Shown in pieces: positions 1 to 9,056 of a stretch of 37,278 nucleotides of DNA (its first letter is position 1; each line of letters starts with the position of its first letter). The position numbers were made by a program, and so were the translations under genes. The notes beneath the pieces are model-generated. The model saw nothing but the letters and a program-made list of their open reading frames with translations, had not been told where the DNA came from and ran no database searches. This stretch comes from Candidatus Omnitrophota bacterium (GTDB lineage: Bacteria; Omnitrophota; Gorgyraeia; 2-01-FULL-45-10). The stretch covers positions 1-37,278 of the forward strand of contig JBAYFK010000001.1 in the NCBI GenBank assembly GCA_041667225.1, given 5' to 3'.

Positions 1-1
1 A

Positions 2-292
2 ACGCAGGTAGAGTTGACAAAAGACCTGAGATTTGCAAAGATATTCTTCAGCGTTCTCGGCACTCAAAAAGAAAAAGTGAAGACGCTCAAAGGATTAGTA
101 AGCGCGAAGGGCCACATCAAAGGGCTGCTTGCCGGCAGGGTGAAGCTGAGATATATGCCCGAGATAGTATTCAAGCTCGACGAGTCCTATGAACACGCGC
201 AGCAAATATACGATATACTGGGTAAACTTAAAAAAGAGAGAAAAGAGGAGAAAAGCGATGAATCAGGTGATAGAAGCGATCAAGAAGCATAA
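2..292 (+). CDS. rbfA: ribosome-binding factor A, C-terminal part (5' end lies outside the window)
   Basis: The frame is open from nt 2. Translation TQVELTKDLRFAKIFFSVLG...LRYMPEIVFKLDES matches the conserved RbfA core and C-terminus. It sits in the conserved rbfA-truB-rpsO-pnp neighbourhood. Confidence 0.8.
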   Translation, partial: TQVELTKDLRFAKIFFSVLGTQKEKVKTLKGLVSAKGHIKGLLAGRVKLRYMPEIVFKLDESYEHAQQIYDILGKLKKERKEEKSDESGDRSDQEA

Positions 293-1223
293 GCGTTTTT
301 TAATAACCGCTCATGTGAACCTTGAAGGAGATTCTCTGGGGAGCCAGCTTGCCATGAAGGAGCTTCTTGAAGGGCTGGGAAAGACGGCATTCATACTCGA
401 TAACGACCCCGTACCGGAACATTACAAGTTCCTGCCGAATGCCGATTCCGTGTCTAACGATCTCGGAAAAAAGTGGGATTTTGACGCAGCGATGGTCCTT
501 GACTGTCCGAACCTGACAAGGATCGGGAAGGTCAGCGACGTCATAAAAGGAAAACCTACCGTGAATGTCGACCATCATATATCTAACGAACGGTTCGGAG
601 ATATAAACTGGGTGGACCCCAACGCGAGTTCAGCCGGCGAGATGGTCTTCAGGCTTTTCAAGGAGATGGGCCAGCCGGTGACAAAAGAAGCGGCCCTGTA
701 TCTCTACATCGCCATACTTACCGATACAGGCTCTTTCAATTATGATAATACCTCAAGCGTTACGCATGAAGTAGCCGGAGAACTTTTGGGTTATGGCCTT
801 GATCCGGCTCTCGTGTCGGAGAATGTCTACGAACGCAGGTCGATATCCGACATCAAGCTTCTAGGGCTCGTACTTTCCACCATAAAGGTGAATAAAACCG
901 GGGATGTTGCATATCTTGAGGTAACAAAAGATATACTTAAATCCACGGGAGCGGACATCGCAAAATCCGAAGGGCTGATAAATTACGCGCGGTCTATAGA
1001 CAAAGTAAGGGTCGCTATAATATTCAAAGAGTCTCTCGATAGCAGCGGCAAGGTGAACGTGAGTTTCCGCTCGAAGGGAGAGATCGACGTCAATGTACTT
1101 GCGTCTCATTTCGGGGGCGGCGGCCACATGAAAGCTTCAGGATGTATTATCAAAGGGACTTTGGACGAAGCTAAAAAGAAGGTCCTGGATAGAGTTGAGG
1201 AAGTGTTAGGGCATAAGAAATAA
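258..1223 (+). CDS. nrnA: DHH/DHHA1-family phosphoesterase, NrnA-like oligoribonuclease / pAp phosphatase
   Basis: Family motifs are present: HVNLEGDSLGS (DHH motif I/II region), VNVDHH (DHH motif), LTDTGSF, and GGGGH in the DHHA1 domain. I chose ATG 258 (MNQVIEAIKK...), because the track start at 189 would overlap the rbfA tail more deeply. Confidence 0.8.
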   Translation: MNQVIEAIKKHKRFLITAHVNLEGDSLGSQLAMKELLEGLGKTAFILDNDPVPEHYKFLPNADSVSNDLGKKWDFDAAMVLDCPNLTRIGKVSDVIKGKPTVNVDHHISNERFGDINWVDPNASSAGEMVFRLFKEMGQPVTKEAALYLYIAILTDTGSFNYDNTSSVTHEVAGELLGYGLDPALVSENVYERRSISDIKLLGLVLSTIKVNKTGDVAYLEVTKDILKSTGADIAKSEGLINYARSIDKVRVAIIFKESLDSSGKVNVSFRSKGEIDVNVLASHFGGGGHMKASGCIIKGTLDEAKKKVLDRVEEVLGHKK

Positions 1224-1299
1224 ATCCTAAGCACTAATTTCTAAATACTAAACAAATACAAAATTCTAAATCAAAAATTCGAAATAATATAGGGTAGAT

Positions 1300-1989
1300 A
1301 TGGACGGAGTGTTGATAATAGATAAGCCGAGCGGATGGACGAGCCATGATGTGGTCAATTTCATCAGGAGGCGTTTCGATGTCAAGAAGGTGGGCCACGC
1401 GGGGACCCTGGACCCGATGGCAACGGGCGTTCTCGTCATGCTTATCGGGAAATATACAAAAGCGTCAAGCCGTTTTATGAGCGCCGACAAAGAGTATTAT
1501 GCCGAGATGAAGCTGGGCGGTACGTCAGATACGGGCGACGCGTGGGGCAAGGTCGTCGCCTCAGGCGTAACCGTCGATATAAAAGAAGATAAGATCAGAG
1601 AAGTGTTCAAAGGATTTTTAGGAAGCATCGAACAGGTCCCGCCTATATATTCCGCAGTGAAGCACAAAGGAAAAAAACTTTATGAGCTGGCGAGGAAGGG
1701 CATAAGCGTCAAGGTTGAGCCCAGGACGATATTTATCGAAAAGCTCGATATCACGAAGATCGAGCTTCCTGAAGTCGCTTTCAAGGTATGCTGTTCGAAA
1801 GGGACATATATCCGGCAGCTGTGCGTAGACATCGGCTCGCGCCTCGGGTGCGGGGCGTATCTTTCAAAACTTGAGAGGACCAGGTCGGGTGCTTTCCATA
1901 TCGAGAATGCCATGAGCATAGAGGAGCTAAAGGCCGGCACGGCTCAGGACCTGGAGAAGAGGCTCATTACGGAGACTGACTCGAATTGA
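1300..1989 (+). CDS. truB: tRNA pseudouridine(55) synthase TruB
   Basis: N-terminus DGVLIIDKPSGWTSHDVV...KVGHAGTLDPMATGVLV contains the catalytic Asp motif of the TruB family. Position between rbfA and rpsO is the conserved synteny. Confidence 0.95.
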   Translation: MDGVLIIDKPSGWTSHDVVNFIRRRFDVKKVGHAGTLDPMATGVLVMLIGKYTKASSRFMSADKEYYAEMKLGGTSDTGDAWGKVVASGVTVDIKEDKIREVFKGFLGSIEQVPPIYSAVKHKGKKLYELARKGISVKVEPRTIFIEKLDITKIELPEVAFKVCCSKGTYIRQLCVDIGSRLGCGAYLSKLERTRSGAFHIENAMSIEELKAGTAQDLEKRLITETDSN

Positions 1990-2978
1990 AGATCATAATG
2001 GGTTTAAAAGGTATTCGCAAGCCATTAAAAGGCTCTGTGGTAACTATTGGGGTATTTGACGGCATTCATGTCGGTCACGAGAAGATAATCAGGAGGACCG
2101 TTCGGCAGGCACGCCGCTTACATCTAAAGAGCGTCCTATTGACCTTCGATCCGCATCCTTTCAAGATCCTGGACCGTACGGAGAAAGTGCCGAGCTTGAT
2201 ATCGCTGAAGCACAGGATATCGCTGATAGGATCGCTGGGAGTCGATTATACGGTCGTGCTCAAGTTCACGGAACAACTTTCAAGGCTATCGAGCGTTTCG
2301 TTCGTGAAGAACATACTGCTGGGTAAACTTGGGATGAAAGAGATATGCGTGGGCGAAAACTTTTATTTCGGGTCCGGCGCAAAGGCAGGCATACCGGAGT
2401 TGAAAGAGATGGGTGAGCGCCTCTCTTTCAAGGTTGAGGCTATAAGGCCGGTAATGTCCGGTTCGCGTGTGGTAAGTTCCAGCCTTATAAGGCGTCTGAT
2501 AATAAAAGGCGATATCAGAGCCGCATCGAAGTTCCTGGGCAGGCCTGTCTCTATCCTGGGAACAGTAGTGAGCGGGGACGGCCGCGGCAGGTTATTAGGC
2601 TTTCCTACCGCGAACATAGACCCGCACCACGAGGCGATACCGCCCGGAGGGGTTTATGCTGTACTGGTCAGGCTGGACAAGGATATCCTGAAAGGGGTGC
2701 TCAATATAGGCCTGAGGCCTACATTCTTTAAGTACAGCCCTGAGCCCGAACCATCCATAGAGGTCCATATATTAGATTTCAATAGAGATATATATGATAA
2801 AGACCTTGAGATCATGTTCATATGCAAACTTAGGGATGAAGCTCATTTCAAAGATGAGTGCGGTCTGATGGCACAGATCAAAAAGGATGTGAAGCGTTCG
2901 CGCGCCATATTGCGCAGGGTGGACAAAAAAGCCTTTACAAATAAAATGAATTGTGTTAATATCTTCAAAAGTAAATAA
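1986..2978 (+). CDS. ribF: bifunctional riboflavin kinase / FMN adenylyltransferase
   Basis: GVFDGIHVGHEKII (nucleotidyltransferase HxGH motif) is followed by a C-terminal riboflavin kinase region (GFPTANI...GVY...NIG.RPTF...EVHILDF). The TTG start overlaps the truB stop. ATG 1998 is an alternative start. Confidence 0.9.
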   Translation: MKIIMGLKGIRKPLKGSVVTIGVFDGIHVGHEKIIRRTVRQARRLHLKSVLLTFDPHPFKILDRTEKVPSLISLKHRISLIGSLGVDYTVVLKFTEQLSRLSSVSFVKNILLGKLGMKEICVGENFYFGSGAKAGIPELKEMGERLSFKVEAIRPVMSGSRVVSSSLIRRLIIKGDIRAASKFLGRPVSILGTVVSGDGRGRLLGFPTANIDPHHEAIPPGGVYAVLVRLDKDILKGVLNIGLRPTFFKYSPEPEPSIEVHILDFNRDIYDKDLEIMFICKLRDEAHFKDECGLMAQIKKDVKRSRAILRRVDKKAFTNKMNCVNIFKSK

Positions 2979-3002
2979 ATATATAAATAAGAGGTGATAG
3001 AT

Positions 3003-3054
3003 CCTTCGCTCCGCAAAAGGCGGAGCTCAGGATCAAATTTACTTCGTAAATTTG
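3003..3054 (+). promoter_or_regulatory. two tandem hairpins in the rpsO 5' leader, abutting the Shine-Dalgarno sequence (possible S15 autoregulatory element or ribF terminator)
   Basis: Hairpin 1 is GCTCCGC(3008-3014)/GCGGAGC(3020-3026), extendable by CCT/AGG. Hairpin 2 is CAAATTTA(3034-3041)/TAAATTTG(3047-3054) with a 5-nt loop. GAGAGG (3055-3060) and the TTG start at 3066 follow directly. No T-tract follows either hairpin. Confidence 0.3.
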
Positions 3055-3065
3055 AGAGGTGGAAA

Positions 3066-3335
3066 TTGGGTTTGACAAAAGAGAAGAAAACGAAACTGAT
3101 ATCTGAATTTAAAGCCAATGAGAAGGATACCGGGTCGCCGAGCGTACAGATAGCGCTGCTTACCGAGAGGATCAATTCTCTTTCGGAGCATTTTAAATCG
3201 CATAAGAGCGACCATCATTCCAGGAGAGGTCTTCTGCGTATGGTAAGCATAAGGAGAAGGCTTTTGGAGTATCTGAAGGGCAGCGATCATAAAGGATATC
3301 AGGATATCATTAAAAAATTGGACCTGAGAAAGTAA
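3066..3335 (+). CDS. rpsO: 30S ribosomal protein S15
   Basis: (M)[56 protein letters not shown]... is a canonical S15 sequence of about 89 aa. TTG 3066 has a GAGAGG SD 5 nt upstream. The track start at 2994 adds a non-homologous extension that covers the leader hairpins. Confidence 0.9.
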   Translation: MGLTKEKKTKLISEFKANEKDTGSPSVQIALLTERINSLSEHFKSHKSDHHSRRGLLRMVSIRRRLLEYLKGSDHKGYQDIIKKLDLRK

Positions 3336-3383
3336 TTAAGGCTTTTTTACGGACCTTAATACATAAAACAGCGGAAAGAGGAT

Positions 3384-5492
3384 ATGATAAAAAAATTTGA
3401 GACGACTTTAGGCGATTCCAATGTGATAATAGAGACCGGCAGGATGGCTAAACAGGCAGATGGCGCTGTAACTGTCCAGCTTGGAGGAACCCTTGTCATT
3501 GTTACGGCTACCAGTTCCGGAGAGCCGAGGGAAGGAATAGATTTTTTCCCGCTTACATGCGAGTATCAGGAGAAGACATACGCCGCAGGGAAGATCCCGG
3601 GCGGTTTTTTTAAGAGAGAAGGAAGGCCTTCCGAGAAAGAGATCCTTTCATCCAGATTGATCGACAGGCCGATGAGGCCGTTATTCCCAAAAGGATATGT
3701 TAATGAGGTACAGATCGTGGCGCTGGTATTGTCCAGTGACTGCGAGAACGATTCAGATGTGCTGGCGATGCTCGGCGCGTCTTGTGCTCTTACTATATCG
3801 GATATCCCGTTCAGCGGGCCGGTAGGGGTCGTCAGGGTAGGTAAGATAGACGGCCAGTTCGTGATCAACCCCACTTTCCAGCAGCTTATGACGAGCGATA
3901 TCGATGTTATAGTAGCCGGGACCCGTTCAGGCGTGGTGATGGTGGAATCGGAGTCGAAAGAGGTCGGCGAAGACGTGATGCTGGACGCCATCAAATTCGC
4001 TCACGAAAAGATGCAGCCGCTGATCGACCTTCAGGAGAAGATGGCAAAAGAATGCGGAAAAGCCAAAAGAGATTTTAAGGCTCGCACGATAGATGAAACG
4101 CTTCTCAAGAAGGTAAGAGAACTTTCTACGGCTAAGCTGGACGAGATCAATAAGCTTAATACCAAAGAGCAGAGAGAAGACGCCATGAGCGCCCTCTCGA
4201 AAAGCCTCATAGAAGATCTCGTTACCGAAGAATCGGAATATACGGATAAAGACGTTAAGGCGGCGCTTCTCGAGGTAGAAGAGGAAGCTGTCCGCAAATA
4301 TATAACAACGGCAAGGAAGCGCGTTGACGGCAGGGCGTTCGATGAGATAAGGAAGATAACCTGCGAAGTCGGTTTATTGCCGCGCACGCACGGTTCCGCT
4401 CTCTTTACACGCGGCCAGACACAGAGCCTTTCTGTTACGACGCTCGGGACGAGCGCTGACGAGCAGATGATAGACGCTCTCGAGGGTGAGACCCAGAAGA
4501 GCTTCATGCTGCATTACAATTTTCCTTCATTCTCAGTCGGAGAGGTAAAACCGATGAGAGGCCCCGGCAGGCGCGAGATAGGGCACGGAGCGCTGGCTGA
4601 GAGGGCATTGAAGGCTGTTATGCCGAACAAGGACAACTTCCCATACACGGTCAGGGTCGTGTCGGAGATACTGGAGTCGAACGGTTCTTCCAGCATGGCG
4701 ACGGTTTGCGCCAGCACGCTCTCTCTTATGGATGCGGGAGTTCCTATATCGAACCCGGTCAGCGGCATAGCTATCGGATTGATAAAAGAGGGGAATGAAG
4801 CCATAATCCTTACGGACATCGGCGGAGTGGAAGACCATTTTGGAGATATGGACTTTAAGGTGGCCGGTACAAAGAACGGCATAACCGCCCTCCAGATGGA
4901 CCTCAAGGTGCAGGGAATAAGCATGGAGATCGTTAAGAACGCACTCGAGGTAGGAAGAAAATCAAGACTGTACATATTGGATAAGATGGTATCTACGATA
5001 TCGAAACCCAAAGAAGGCGTATCGTCATTCGCGCCGCGTATCGTCAGCTTCAAGATAAGTGAAGATAAGATAGGCGCCGTTATAGGTCCCGGCGGTAAAG
5101 TCATAAAGAAGATCATACAGGACACAGGCGTTACGATCGATATCAGCGATGATGGTACTGTGCAGATCGCGTCTACGGACCACGCTGCTATGGATAAAGC
5201 AGTAGCCATAGTCAAATCGATAACGGAAGAGCCGGAAGTCGGCAGGATATACCACAACTGCAAAGTCAAGAAGATCATGAATTTCGGAGCATTCTGCGAG
5301 ATCCTGCCAGGCAAAGAGGGACTCGTCCACGTATCGGAGCTTGCCGATAAATTCGTAAAGAACGTCGAAGACGTAATAAAAGTCGGCGACGAAGTCACGG
5401 TAAAACTTATAGCGGTAGACGATCAGGGGCGCATCAATCTGTCGATCAAACAGGCAAAGCCGCCGGTACAGAATCCGGAACCAGCTAAGTAA
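3384..5492 (+). CDS. pnp: polyribonucleotide nucleotidyltransferase (PNPase)
   Basis: The 702-aa product has two RNase PH-like domains, then a KH domain (IGAVIGPGGKVIKKI) and an S1 domain (GAFCEILPGKEGLVHVSEL). It lies directly downstream of rpsO, as in the conserved operon. Confidence 0.97.
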   Translation: MIKKFETTLGDSNVIIETGRMAKQADGAVTVQLGGTLVIVTATSSGEPREGIDFFPLTCEYQEKTYAAGKIPGGFFKREGRPSEKEILSSRLIDRPMRPLFPKGYVNEVQIVALVLSSDCENDSDVLAMLGASCALTISDIPFSGPVGVVRVGKIDGQFVINPTFQQLMTSDIDVIVAGTRSGVVMVESESKEVGEDVMLDAIKFAHEKMQPLIDLQEKMAKECGKAKRDFKARTIDETLLKKVRELSTAKLDEINKLNTKEQREDAMSALSKSLIEDLVTEESEYTDKDVKAALLEVEEEAVRKYITTARKRVDGRAFDEIRKITCEVGLLPRTHGSALFTRGQTQSLSVTTLGTSADEQMIDALEGETQKSFMLHYNFPSFSVGEVKPMRGPGRREIGHGALAERALKAVMPNKDNFPYTVRVVSEILESNGSSSMATVCASTLSLMDAGVPISNPVSGIAIGLIKEGNEAIILTDIGGVEDHFGDMDFKVAGTKNGITALQMDLKVQGISMEIVKNALEVGRKSRLYILDKMVSTISKPKEGVSSFAPRIVSFKISEDKIGAVIGPGGKVIKKIIQDTGVTIDISDDGTVQIASTDHAAMDKAVAIVKSITEEPEVGRIYHNCKVKKIMNFGAFCEILPGKEGLVHVSELADKFVKNVEDVIKVGDEVTVKLIAVDDQGRINLSIKQAKPPVQNPEPAK

Positions 5493-5509
5493 TAAGGTCA
5501 TAGACGTAT

Positions 5510-5980
5510 TTGAAGAACATACGGATATCTTTTAAGAGAAAAGTTGGCTCGGAAGACCTGCCGCTGCCCAGATACGCTACGAGCGGATCGAGCGGCATGG
5601 ACTTGTGTGCCGATGTAGAAACAGAAGTCGATATCATGCCAGGCGAGATAAAACTTATTTCGACTGGCATCTATTTAAGCATACCTGAAGGCTATGAAGC
5701 CCAGATCCGGCCGCGAAGCGGGTTAGCCTTAAAACACGGGATCAGCCTTGTGAACACCCCCGGCACGATAGATTCCGACTACCGCGGACTTGTAAGCCTG
5801 ATAATGATAAATCATGGAAAAGTTCCTTTTAAGATCAGGCGCGGCGATAGGGTAGCCCAGATGGTCATAAGCGAAGTAGTCAAAGCCGCTATAGATATCA
5901 AGGAAGAACTGGACGGCACCGTCAGGTCTGCAGGCGGGTTCGGCCATAGCGGCGTCAGGGGTGATAAGGGACATGGATAA
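5510..5980 (+). CDS. dut: dUTP diphosphatase (dUTPase)
   Basis: The five dUTPase motifs are recognisable: PRYATSGSSGMDL, RPRSG, GTIDSDYRG, and C-terminal RSAGGFGHSG. The start is TTG. Confidence 0.9.
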   Translation: MKNIRISFKRKVGSEDLPLPRYATSGSSGMDLCADVETEVDIMPGEIKLISTGIYLSIPEGYEAQIRPRSGLALKHGISLVNTPGTIDSDYRGLVSLIMINHGKVPFKIRRGDRVAQMVISEVVKAAIDIKEELDGTVRSAGGFGHSGVRGDKGHG

Positions 5981-8177
5981 GACGAAATGGAATGAAATAC
6001 AGGCCGTAATACTCTTCGCAGCAGCCCTCCTTATCCTAATAAGTTTTTTATCTTTCGATCTTTCCGATCTTAGTGTTTTTACTTCAAAAATTAATATTCC
6101 TGTAAAAAATCTTGCGGGGCTCTTCGGCGCATATCTAGGCGCGGTATTATTTTTTGTCATGGGCTTGAGCGCATACTGCATACCTTTATTGATCTTGAGC
6201 TGGGCGCTGGCCAGGTTCTACGGCATAACTCCTCAAAAGATCCACTTCAAGCTTTTCGGCACATTCTTTCTTGTGCTGGCATCGAGCGCCATGTTCTCCA
6301 TAATAGGAAGAGGGGACAACTCTTCCAGGTTCAATCTCGGAGGTATGGTGGGCCTTGTATTCTCGGATTTCCTGATAAAATACCTCGGGCGTTTTGGAGC
6401 AATACTTGTGATATGTGTCCTATTTCTCCTTTCCGTCCTGCTTGCCACGGAATTCCTTCTGTTACCGTTCTTATCGGCGATGTTCGATAACATAAGAGCG
6501 TTCATCTCGGGTACAGGCGAAAAACAGGATAAGAGAAGAGAGGCTGTCAAGACGGCTGTCAAGAAACCGTTCATACAGGTTATGGGTGAAGTTAAAAACG
6601 CTGTAAAGGCGAAAGTCGAAAAGCCCGTGCCTGTAAAGCGGGAGCCGATAATAGTGAAGACTAATGTAGACCAGCCGAGCGTTCGTCCAAGCCCGGAACC
6701 TCCGGCAAAGCAGCCCTCCAGGGAGACCGCAGCTCCGGTACGCGGATCGGGGATCGAAGACGGGTACAAATTACCGGGAATAGATCTTTTGGCTTCTCCG
6801 CCGCCGCTTGAAGCTAGGAAGATAAAAGAGGATTTCGATGCAAATGCAAAGATCTTGGAAGAGACCCTTAGAGATTTTGATATAGAGGCAAAAGTAGTAG
6901 AGATCAACCAGGGCCCTGTTATAACGCGGTATGAGCTTGAGCCTGCGCCCGGAGTCAAGATCCAGAGGGTAACGTCGCTCTCCGACAACATATCGCTTGC
7001 CATGAAGGCGCAGAGCGTAAGGATAGTAGCGCCTGTGCCCGGTAAAGGTACTATCGGCGTAGAGGTACCGAACTCGACGAGCACTCTTGTTTACCTGAAA
7101 GATGTTGTTTCTTCAAAAGAGTATACCGAATCCAGGTCCAAATTAAAATTGGCTCTCGGAAAAGATATCGCGGGTACTCCTGTCATAGCGGACCTTACAT
7201 CGATGCCGCATCTTTTGATAGCCGGCACCACCGGTTCCGGAAAGACGGTCTGCATAAACGCTATTATAACCACGATACTCTGCAGTTCCACTCCGGACGA
7301 GGTAAAATTTATAATGATAGACCCTAAAAGGGTGGAGCTTGCCCCGTTCAATAACCTGCCGCATCTCCTGACGCCTGTAGTTACAGATTCAAAAAAAGCT
7401 GCCGGAGTGCTGGCTTGGGTCGTAAACGAGATGGATAACCGCTATGAAACGTTAGCTCAGGCAGGTGCGAGGAATATAGACGGTTATAATGACAAATTCG
7501 ATAATGATCCTAAAGCGAAATTGCCGTATATTATCGTCATAATAGACGAGCTCGCCGATCTTATGATAGTAGCGCAGGCTGATGTCGAAGGCGCCATAAC
7601 GCGCCTGGCTCAGCTGTCGAGAGCGGTAGGCATACACATAATCCTTGCTACACAGAGGCCGTCGGTAGATGTAATAACGGGCGTCATAAAAGCTAATTTT
7701 CCGGCGAGGATATCATTTAAGGTAGCTTCGAAGGTGGATTCCAGGACGGTCCTTGATATGAACGGCGCAGATAAGCTGCTTGGCAGGGGAGATATGCTCT
7801 TTGTCGAGCCGGGCGCTTCCAGGCCTACTAGGGCTCAGTGCAGCCTCATATCAGATAAGGAAATAGAGAATATAACCAGTTTTATAAAAGCTCAAAGAGG
7901 CCCTCAGTACGTCGAAGGCATAATGGAGTCCGAAAAGAAGCAGAGTTTCAAGAGATTCGAAAAGGATGAGGTTTACGGCGAGGCTGTTCGCATGATACTC
8001 GAATCTAAACAGGCTTCCGTTTCGGTCTTGCAGCGCAGGCTGGGGCTGGGATATACGCGGGCAGCCCGTCTTATAGACATGATGGAAGACGAAGGAGTTG
8101 TCGGCCCGTATCAGGGGTCTAAGCCGCGGGATATTTTAATAAGTTTAGAAGAGTATGAGGCAAAAAATGGACAGTAA
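5961..8177 (+). CDS. ftsK: DNA translocase FtsK/SpoIIIE
   Basis: N-terminal TM helices and a Pro/Lys-rich linker precede a motor domain with Walker A GTTGSGKT and Walker B IIVIIDELADL. The C-terminal gamma winged-helix reads SVSVLQRRLGLGYTRAARLIDMMEDEG. The start is ambiguous (GTG 5961 or ATG 5973), and both overlap the dut stop. Confidence 0.93.
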   Translation: MIRDMDKTKWNEIQAVILFAAALLILISFLSFDLSDLSVFTSKINIPVKNLAGLFGAYLGAVLFFVMGLSAYCIPLLILSWALARFYGITPQKIHFKLFGTFFLVLASSAMFSIIGRGDNSSRFNLGGMVGLVFSDFLIKYLGRFGAILVICVLFLLSVLLATEFLLLPFLSAMFDNIRAFISGTGEKQDKRREAVKTAVKKPFIQVMGEVKNAVKAKVEKPVPVKREPIIVKTNVDQPSVRPSPEPPAKQPSRETAAPVRGSGIEDGYKLPGIDLLASPPPLEARKIKEDFDANAKILEETLRDFDIEAKVVEINQGPVITRYELEPAPGVKIQRVTSLSDNISLAMKAQSVRIVAPVPGKGTIGVEVPNSTSTLVYLKDVVSSKEYTESRSKLKLALGKDIAGTPVIADLTSMPHLLIAGTTGSGKTVCINAIITTILCSSTPDEVKFIMIDPKRVELAPFNNLPHLLTPVVTDSKKAAGVLAWVVNEMDNRYETLAQAGARNIDGYNDKFDNDPKAKLPYIIVIIDELADLMIVAQADVEGAITRLAQLSRAVGIHIILATQRPSVDVITGVIKANFPARISFKVASKVDSRTVLDMNGADKLLGRGDMLFVEPGASRPTRAQCSLISDKEIENITSFIKAQRGPQYVEGIMESEKKQSFKRFEKDEVYGEAVRMILESKQASVSVLQRRLGLGYTRAARLIDMMEDEGVVGPYQGSKPRDILISLEEYEAKNGQ

Positions 8178-9021
8178 CTCTTCCGCAGTCGTCAAGACCC
8201 CCATGATGGCCATCGGCGAGAAGCTGAGGACCGCGAGGGAAAATAAGGCCCTCACTATAGACCAGGTACGCAAGGCCACTCATATATATTCCGAAGTGCT
8301 TACCGCGCTGGAAGACGGAAGATGCGATGAGATGCTCAATTCCACTTATGTCAGGAGTTTTCTCAAGAAGTACACCGCGTTCCTGGGACTCGATTCGGAC
8401 GCCATATTAAAAGAATATTCGGCCCACCTTCAGGAAAGAACGGGAGAAGCTCCGCCGCAGCCTGTAGCTCCTAAGATCGAGGAGAAGAAGCAGAAGGCCG
8501 AAGCGAAAAAGCTGACCCCGGAAGAGATGGGGACGATCAGAAAGATCATGATCGTATCATTTGCAGCGCTTCTTATAGCGTTTTTTTTATTCTCAATGTT
8601 CATCGTGGGTAAAAAAATAGCGGCTTCTTTTAAGCATGCCGGCAATGGAAAGACAGCAAAGACTTCCGTGAAGTCAAAAACCGTGACTCCCCCCAAAGAT
8701 ATCCCGCAGAAAAAAGCCTCCCAGGACAAAGAGGATAGTGTAGTATTTAAAGAGCCGCTCTCAAAGCGATCGCCGTTATATCTTGTATTGAAGATAAAAC
8801 AGCCTGTCCTTGTCAAGGTCAGGAAGGACGGTGTTACCCTGTTCGAAAGGTTCATGCCTAAAGGGCAGGTAGAATCTTTCAGGGCCACGGACAAGATCGA
8901 GCTCGCCATCGGAAAGGCAGAGGCGGTGGAACTGACCCTGAACGGCAAGTCCTTGGGTTCCCCGGGTAGAGGCCCCATCAAGAACCTTGAAATAACCCGA
9001 AAAGGCATCAAGATAAAGTAA
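8155..9021 (+). CDS. rodZ: RodZ-like cytoskeleton protein (HTH domain, one TM helix, RodZ C-terminal domain)
   Basis: The N-terminal XRE-type HTH reads IGEKLRTARENKALTIDQVRKATHIYSEVLTALEDG. A charged linker, one TM helix (IMIVSFAALLIAFFLFSMFIV) and a C-terminal beta-rich domain (VLVKVRKDG...VELTLNGKSLG) follow. The start codon is uncertain (8155, 8167 or 8203). Confidence 0.75.
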   Translation: MRQKMDSNSSAVVKTPMMAIGEKLRTARENKALTIDQVRKATHIYSEVLTALEDGRCDEMLNSTYVRSFLKKYTAFLGLDSDAILKEYSAHLQERTGEAPPQPVAPKIEEKKQKAEAKKLTPEEMGTIRKIMIVSFAALLIAFFLFSMFIVGKKIAASFKHAGNGKTAKTSVKSKTVTPPKDIPQKKASQDKEDSVVFKEPLSKRSPLYLVLKIKQPVLVKVRKDGVTLFERFMPKGQVESFRATDKIELAIGKAEAVELTLNGKSLGSPGRGPIKNLEITRKGIKIK

Positions 9022-9056
9022 ATATAAACACCGTAACTGACCATATAAGAGGCATA

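Noticed and set aside
1224-1299. Repeated TTCTAAAT / CTAAA words in the nrnA-truB spacer
   Set aside because: This is low-complexity A/T-rich sequence without dyad symmetry or a convincing -35/-10 pair. It is probably just spacer or promoter-like background.
3335-3360. Hairpin ATTAAGG/CCTTAAT between rpsO and pnp
   Set aside because: The 7-bp AT-rich stem has a 12-nt loop and no trailing T-tract. It might be an RNase III/pnp-autoregulation-type stem as in E. coli, but it is too weak to call from sequence alone.
4514-5398. 294-aa minus-strand ORF, plus other antisense ORFs within pnp, ftsK (6233..7084) and recA (29192..29908)
   Set aside because: All lie opposite strongly supported conserved genes and have Ser/Thr/Pro-rich translations without motifs. 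I treat them as shadow ORFs.
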